A stretch of DNA of 64,000 nucleotides, taken from NCBI GenBank assembly GCA_903836515.1, contig CAILQW010000050.1, forward strand, positions 14,861-78,860. The letters run 5' to 3'. The stretch is from Candidatus Omnitrophota bacterium (lineage in GTDB: Bacteria > Omnitrophota > Gorgyraeia > Zapsychrales > Fredricksoniimonadaceae). Of this stretch, positions 60,701 to 64,000 are shown one piece after another. The notes beneath the pieces were generated by a model. It was given only the letters and a program-made list of their open reading frames with translations, was not told where the DNA came from and did not search any database. Each line of letters opens with the position of its first letter. The first letter of the stretch is position 1. Position numbers and translations under genes: made by a program.

Positions 60701-62918
60701 TTGAGAATGGTTCATCAAGACAGACCAGCGTTTCATGCGTCACGCCGGATTCTTCTGGAAAAAGTTTGGCAATTTCAATACGTGAACTTTCCCGATCATC
60801 TACGAAGGCTAATTTCTTATAGATTCGGAAGTTTCCATCTGCAAAGGGACCATATCCAAATGTCTGGACCATCTTTTGGATCAGATAGTCGCGTTTGAGC
60901 CCGGTAAAGGTCTTGCCGGACATATTTGCTCCCCGGTAGATCACCAGCGGCTTATCCTCGGGTGAATCATTAAGGACCTGACCTTCTTTTGGTGCGTACG
61001 GCATCCAGGCGTCCTTGTATCCAATATGCTCATCGAGATTGAATGTTGCCGGGTGAAATCCCTCCCGGCGCGCCCACCATGTAAAATGCAGAAAAACATC
61101 AATCCGTTCCACAGCCGCAGAGATCGCCTCGAGTTCTTTACGGCGTCCCGCCAGAGCCTTGTAATCCTTTTCTCGGGCATAGGATAAAAGTGTTGCAATA
61201 TCAGATATATGTGATCCCGTGAGCAAGGCGTCGGCTTCATCCGCCAATTCGGTTAATAAAGGATCCTCCAGTTTTTTGACATCCTGAAGGAAAGCCGCAA
61301 CATCCTCAGCAACCTTAGTGAAGCGCGAAAAAACAGGATGATTGACGTCAATATCCGTGGCATTCTGAACACCGATCACAATGAGCGGCTCGGTGGCCCC
61401 AGGCAAACGAAGAAACAAATTTATGCACCAACCGATCTTGCCTTGGAGTCCCTGACTTTTTTCCACCAACAGGGCCTGTTTATCATCATTCAGCTTTAAA
61501 ATACATTTCACCGCAGCCTGCCGCTTCAAGATATCCGCCTTGTTAATTAATGGCGCGTCAATCAGATCGCCGATCAGCCTGTGATGTGTCCAAAAGTTTT
61601 CTTCCTCAGGTTTTTGTAAACTGTCACGGATCTGCGCTGTGGCGGTAGGAAACAGCGCCCCAGACTTTTGCGAATCCGTTGGTTGTTTAGAATTTTCTTG
61701 TGAGGCATCATTGGATCGTTGCGACGCAATATCGGCGCGTGTCCTAACAATAACAGAATCGGTTGCTTTTTTACGCATCTTGTCTGGCAGTTGCAACTCA
61801 TTGCTGATTTGTTCATACTTCTCCACCACGCCGCCGGAAAAATATTTGCGCGGGATCATGGTCCTGGAGCCCTCGTCATAATCCTCTTTAATGAAATTAT
61901 AAACACCTTGTTGGAACGCCTTAAGATACTGCTGATAAATCTTCTGGTTGATCTGTTTATCCTGGGTATCTACACCTGCGGTCCTGTTGTGATCGGTGTA
62001 AATATCCTGCAGAACACTGCCCGCCACATGGCGCTTGTACCAGGTTGCGAGGATCACGGCGTTTGAGATCTGGCGCAGATGCGCGAACGACTTGCCGGTA
62101 TTGACCTCCCGCTCGATCTCGGGGATGATGATCTCCCGGATAATTTCTTTGGCGATATCGCTCAGCGGCGTCAGATCCTCAGGGCGTGCGTCCCCCAGCC
62201 CGTGCCGGGTGTGGCTCTGATTGGCCTCCAGGGCCAGATAATCGTTTTCCAGCATAACCTTATGGTGACATCCGGTCACAAAGACCGATGTTCCGCTGAC
62301 ATAGACCGACGCACGGTCCGGAATAATCCACACCTTGTGAAAGGTCTCCATCGGGATCTCGTTTGTCCCGTATTTCTCCCGGGTTTTATCCTTTACCCGC
62401 TTCCAGAACGTACGCCCCAATTCTTTCTCGGGATACATCAGGCTGGCGGTCAACTGCTTGAGGAGATAATCCTGCGCCAAAAGGTCCCGCCCTATCTCGG
62501 TTGCACCGAATCCCTGCGGAATAATGCGGTCTTTCTCATACGGAGAAAGGTTGACCCACATCTCGTCTTCAGGCACTGTCATGGCCGCAAAGAAATATTT
62601 GATCAGGCGGCTGGATTCATCCCGCAGACTATCCCCTTTAAGATTGTCATCCCCGGGATGCACCATGAAATCAAACCGGAACGGATCCTCAGGATGGAGT
62701 TTCATGCCGATCATCAGGACAGGATCATAGGCGGGGCTTAAACCAACCATGGCGCCGGGCTGCGGCAGGCCGGGGATCGTTTCAACCGCGGGCACAATCT
62801 GCTGTGCCTGCGCCTGGGACAATCCGGATGAAAAAACAGACTGACAGATAAAGGAGATCAAGACCGTCAGGATCAGGGTTTTCTCAAGAAATTTGTTTTT
62901 TAAATGAAAATTGTGCAT
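54717..62918 (-). CDS. Giant (2733 aa) multidomain protein: signal-like N-terminus + conserved N-domain + MutS-type ABC ATPase + class-I MTase-like + GT9 heptosyltransferase-like + C-terminal GIDL module (family copy B)
   Basis: Continuous ORF. MutS domain V match at about aa 600-840 (RGANMSGKTF Walker A; LVCLDEPFSRLSPEEHT Walker B region; ATHN). MTase motif I VRVQGPGTGIDVLLAL plus YYDINP plus DVYLFNAPAV at about aa 1710-1790. GT9-like LLVHNLDEGLGDEII ... VVFLNPFGGE ... VEGGITHLAYALGKHYVS at about aa 2295-2600. C-terminus is GGIDLNPRNTELH...IPGLIPVIMDIQPV. GC is visibly lower than in neighbouring genes. Confidence 0.7.
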   Translation of the reverse strand: MHNFHLKNKFLEKTLILTVLISFICQSVFSSGLSQAQAQQIVPAVETIPGLPQPGAMVGLSPAYDPVLMIGMKLHPEDPFRFDFMVHPGDDNLKGDSLRDESSRLIKYFFAAMTVPEDEMWVNLSPYEKDRIIPQGFGATEIGRDLLAQDYLLKQLTASLMYPEKELGRTFWKRVKDKTREKYGTNEIPMETFHKVWIIPDRASVYVSGTSVFVTGCHHKVMLENDYLALEANQSHTRHGLGDARPEDLTPLSDIAKEIIREIIIPEIEREVNTGKSFAHLRQISNAVILATWYKRHVAGSVLQDIYTDHNRTAGVDTQDKQINQKIYQQYLKAFQQGVYNFIKEDYDEGSRTMIPRKYFSGGVVEKYEQISNELQLPDKMRKKATDSVIVRTRADIASQRSNDASQENSKQPTDSQKSGALFPTATAQIRDSLQKPEEENFWTHHRLIGDLIDAPLINKADILKRQAAVKCILKLNDDKQALLVEKSQGLQGKIGWCINLFLRLPGATEPLIVIGVQNATDIDVNHPVFSRFTKVAEDVAAFLQDVKKLEDPLLTELADEADALLTGSHISDIATLLSYAREKDYKALAGRRKELEAISAAVERIDVFLHFTWWARREGFHPATFNLDEHIGYKDAWMPYAPKEGQVLNDSPEDKPLVIYRGANMSGKTFTGLKRDYLIQKMVQTFGYGPFADGNFRIYKKLAFVDDRESSRIEIAKLFPEESGVTHETLVCLDEPFSRLSPEEHTLKLQLLTNELLKRGARVRVATHNSLFVDSRLNDPKTTAVYHFKIDQHDGQIVQTHQMHPGPDDSHALEVARDLGLPEDVVQTAQNYHDGVERSVENIRPLPMIALKTYSEKQREILKKRTGNFYGFFPERGWLVPVAKREGSHPSVGGPLKEKELTYDPVFKMFSNDMELSNGGSPFDMSKEDMNILGMFYGQEIQKFLLQGTSRDPQEIFERQKMFGLLGAPEYAPNIEKIETALERIQGLLSVTSSVDRDIDWTRFNHELLKFMIYTKEDGNIKRDSYFILVDAYVKMVEMVLSLGGDLTQEKVGIDKELNEIYKIRQQEGMPLPTVIPLIADLQRRINEILFQKVPPLSLYDETRWDIVRAQIDKVVAFLDRQPGVWGMNIPGMPSVMYAYRIKTLLMPGDAVKDLVDALKSFDSVYLNQFGNYFEKILRHWLGDFKNGMDYLRFLAQQEAVRAAVRGYLIDEESHIDIKFELNKMGALIKLARFIQKRQWTLVQFHENPEVEIKGARNFLKSGKEYKPVDFLIDAHRHVQLYGEPEGSLTREDLKTLVLNLLCAQATGYAPNQKMTMPVFQKFAYYDDTLEYRYRRPELSLFGNNIKQLTEFLDLMTSDQPVLAVMAEAGTSTSPDYQSALYYALAHHILSSGHFLVAASKNPDFFEPFARNNPAFTQNHDADERINNQPGQSRMEATGTAAEDKASIITGNQGSGEMILPPSRDRSGDFLEKYIHSIGEHAFLPMFREILSSMAKFPDTPGMNYEKLAQEYTHVHTDSDGNAWGYIPIRLNEAGQAFFGTFSDTERPVASQRAFLITFNSQEGNYGGKFDTLHNLPMALVVEDPIQDKNILFDISFLWSYPGKMDWILKNAQDVINKTKLATFKDWSGLILSPENTQDINASRNVEGRDQGYKLSLLTVKPYTEQKTDGFLQEVMLDALPHEKIFSARHNRSADFQKAVIENAGIFKNKTVRVQGPGTGIDVLLALLSGARRVTYYDINPAHNLLTAWNVRYARDTGQIPIGGEVEQSREMGDADVYLFNAPAVYNEEFLAWYLRRRGFSYNSRAYYITPGEFIMLFNELKEKLAQNKNSLALWRIIIGPSSGLIDDIPEASYEMRIKEFLKKNNLVGDPVEGILRIANDAAFYPNLYLFHAAKNETAGSRSSRKDGEKKDGAMNGNRFIDGLGGVPVSMPAEEIILALRAKRGVNNRSESSFKNEFYAQSLYKKLPDDKRQLIEDIIKRYGYEVVDTVAGVRQWREPFFTTNGGMPFDGYSNEEYLEYFPELGLKLIQSSIENDARQPNVGAELALSSLKTLKPYLIHSREDMRRILDELENMYWTMAAENDLGRDVWGIWEIAVDVFDDKIPQYWDDLKEFAILSAGRRPGQYFKFLPEVKKIFGHRFFDEIGDIFKLMFKEPDATSMGYLINGSFMDLKEHYGESFFEYWPSIKAILLNLDSSPHNFIYYQLEGRIGFHGASLSLEQLRIFAEMSSRVHGRVATFWNLLIKNNIHEAGSLNDFRQGLEQLIPLINEKKPDLGKNEKTAIHKKVEEILKTGKKNVLLVHNLDEGLGDEIIRNGSLVQALLDYNPELEIYVYTKQTQLYNHPRIKVTPPFMFDAVKFDMIIHRYDADRKILSQRAEDAIQDVIKRQQPAIYIHSPYAYGRKGYDIIRVGNDVLSPINDDNQYAPTLNLLKQLGLPHRSGNNQGVTDHYMTTVSGSEADQKIRLLAELAEKNIEKRPVVFLNPFGGELTAKGLSEFGFRYGARQIQQLIESGFFVILMPNMNHLAGWGFSRSEDEKSIMNFIPEQYLNSIMLAPVPQPHERGILYLMEAADIVGTVEGGITHLAYALGKHYVSQGFVGMDEDGYDDLSYWISSEHSTTQRHYHRKIYMAEHIIEMGQELGLIPGEKKDYSAKPALDGNSIQPLDKGGIDLNPRNTELHTGGDEICIRFPEYRRPLPEGPIPGLIPVIMDIQPVTDLPALIADAVLPVSSRP

Positions 62919-62920
62919 CG

Positions 62921-63598
62921 CTAACCGCCTTTTAAGGCAACAGGCTGGATACCCAGGAAGCTCGACAGGTTATCCATGGGCTGAATATTGATGATCACAG
63001 GCTCAAGCCCTGGCGCGGACTGATAACGCTCAAGAACAGCCGGATCCATTCTGAACACCAGACCAGGATTGTCGGATATTGTCTCCAGGCCTAACCGTTC
63101 GGGGGTAAGGTCAATACCGCCGGTATTATCCATTGTCACGGGAGTCCCTTGGAAAGCCACGACATTAAGGGGGAAATATTGGAAGAATGCTGCATTCTTC
63201 CTCGCCAAGGACTGGAACTCAGGCGAAAGCTTATAAAATGACCCCGGAAAAACATCTTCCCCATGATTCCCAGAGCTTTCGCTGTCAGTTACTTTCGAAG
63301 GAATGTCGTTTGTCCCCGCCCATCCTAATTTCAACGGGATTAACATTGCCCGCCCCTGGCTATCAACCTCTAGTTCCAGGTCGAATTCTGACGGGATAGG
63401 CATATCCTTTAATTGTGCATATAAGACACGACGCCCCTCCGGCGTCATGTTGTCAAGACGCCCCTTGAGAGGATCTGAAGAAAAGAAGAATTTGAACAAA
63501 GGGTCCAGCGCAGTGCCAGGCTTAATGCCCCTGATATCACTTTTATTGACAGATACTCCTATAGGATGCTGATGCGCCTCTTTCAGTATCATGTCCAT
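62921..63598 (-). CDS. 225-aa GIDL-module protein immediately upstream of, and abutting, the giant gene (family copy C)
   Basis: Stop codon TAG at 62921..62923 is 2 nt from the giant gene ATG (62916..62918). C-terminal 67 aa GGIDLTPERLGLET...FRMDPAVLERYQSAPGLEPVIINIQPM share the module. Confidence 0.55.
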   Translation of the reverse strand: MDMILKEAHQHPIGVSVNKSDIRGIKPGTALDPLFKFFFSSDPLKGRLDNMTPEGRRVLYAQLKDMPIPSEFDLELEVDSQGRAMLIPLKLGWAGTNDIPSKVTDSESSGNHGEDVFPGSFYKLSPEFQSLARKNAAFFQYFPLNVVAFQGTPVTMDNTGGIDLTPERLGLETISDNPGLVFRMDPAVLERYQSAPGLEPVIINIQPMDNLSSFLGIQPVALKGG

Positions 63599-63757
63599 TA
63601 AGTCATCACTTAAACCCTTCGTGGAATGTAACGGAATGAATCTGGCGGTTTTGAAATACTCAAGAAATAATTTAAATCCTGATGAATCGAGTCTGTCATA
63701 AAATTTGTGTAAATGGTCAACGGCGGTACACTATTACGGTCAACGAAAGGACCAGCC

Positions 63758-64000
63758 ATGGCCATACGCAAAGAGATTATAGAAGAATTGATGGCGGAGT
63801 ACAAGAAGCCGGATGATTTGATCGGTGAAGGCGGATTGATCCGGCAATTGAGCAAGGCTCTTTTGGAACAAGCCCTGAAGGGCGAAATGACCCATCACCT
63901 GGGTTATGAAAAGAATCATAGCCGGCCGGAAGGCGCCGAGAACGCCCGTAACGGCCAGACGAAGAAAAAAATCATTACCCGGGACGGCCCGATTGATATT
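63758..64000 (+). mobile_element. IS256-family transposase gene, 5' part (runs off window end)
   Basis: Translation MAIRKEIIEELMAEYKKPDDLIGEGGLIRQLSKALLEQALKGEMTHHLGYEKNHSRPEGAENARNGQTKKKI matches the conserved N-terminal region of IS256/mutator-family transposases (..LLGxxGLLKQLTKxLLExALEAEMTEHLGYEKHD..NxRNGxxxKTL..). Not in the ORF track because no stop lies within the window. Confidence 0.7.

Noticed and set aside
62079-62741. 220-aa plus-strand ORF inside the giant gene
   Set aside because: Antisense to the conserved N-domain. Useful only as evidence of DNA-level similarity to 48721..48996. Not a gene.
63610-63855. 81-aa minus-strand ORF between the 225-aa gene and the transposase
   Set aside because: Overlaps the predicted IS256 transposase start and presumed IS terminal region. 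No recognisable features.
1-64000. CRISPR arrays, rRNA, tRNA
   Set aside because: No regularly spaced direct repeats, no rRNA-like conserved stretches and no cloverleaf-like intergenic segments were seen. All larger intergenic gaps are AT-rich promoter or terminator regions.

Overview
This 64-kb window is a gene-dense bacterial chromosomal segment with genes on both strands. GC is moderately high (roughly 58-62% in hand-sampled housekeeping genes). I found no rRNA, tRNA or CRISPR array.

Recognisable core content, in order:
- ZnuB-like ABC-3 metal permease, a ferredoxin-nitroreductase fusion and a SAM methyltransferase.
- A crcB plus DUF190 fluoride-resistance pair.
- ACT-domain malic enzyme, a CheY-like receiver and a zinc-ribbon protein.
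- A complete RND efflux operon (outer-membrane factor, membrane fusion protein, RND permease) with a translationally coupled SUI1/YciH gene.
- A GHL10 hydrolase, TatD, QueH, a HAD hydrolase, NadK and MutY.
- A cNMP-binding / ParA-like / patatin fusion protein.
- A minus-strand cluster: SDR, aroC, leuD, leuC, acnA.
- A B12-binding radical SAM enzyme, a 7Fe ferredoxin and ilvB/ilvN.
- ssb and an Fe/Mn superoxide dismutase.
- A menaquinone cluster: menA, menC, a degenerate menE-like fragment and a thioesterase.
- HIT, xseA/xseB, a PEBP protein, xth, NUDIX, PilZ, a flavodoxin-like reductase and an NhaD/ArsB-like permease.
- exbB/exbD, an H+-pyrophosphatase and pntAA/pntAB/pntB.

Superimposed on this core is a lower-GC (roughly 45-50%) gene family of five ORFs at four loci that I cannot place in any known family. 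All five end in the same ~60-aa extreme C-terminal module (GGIDL ... F-x-P-x-x-L ... G-L-x-P-V-I-x-x-I-x-P):
- A 2733-aa giant multidomain protein (54717..62918, minus strand). It has a signal-peptide-like N-terminus, a conserved N-domain, a MutS-type ABC ATPase domain, a class-I methyltransferase-like domain and a GT9 heptosyltransferase-like domain.
- A 225-aa protein immediately upstream of the giant and abutting its start.
- A frameshifted ~716-aa paralog of the giant's N-terminal region (46958..49106) directly upstream of exbBD.
- A frameshifted ~210-aa paralog (31051..31679).
- A ~70-105 aa mini-protein (4694..5011).

A partial IS256-family transposase gene sits at the window end (63758..64000), next to the giant locus. 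All homology statements come from reading the translations by eye. None was checked with a search tool.
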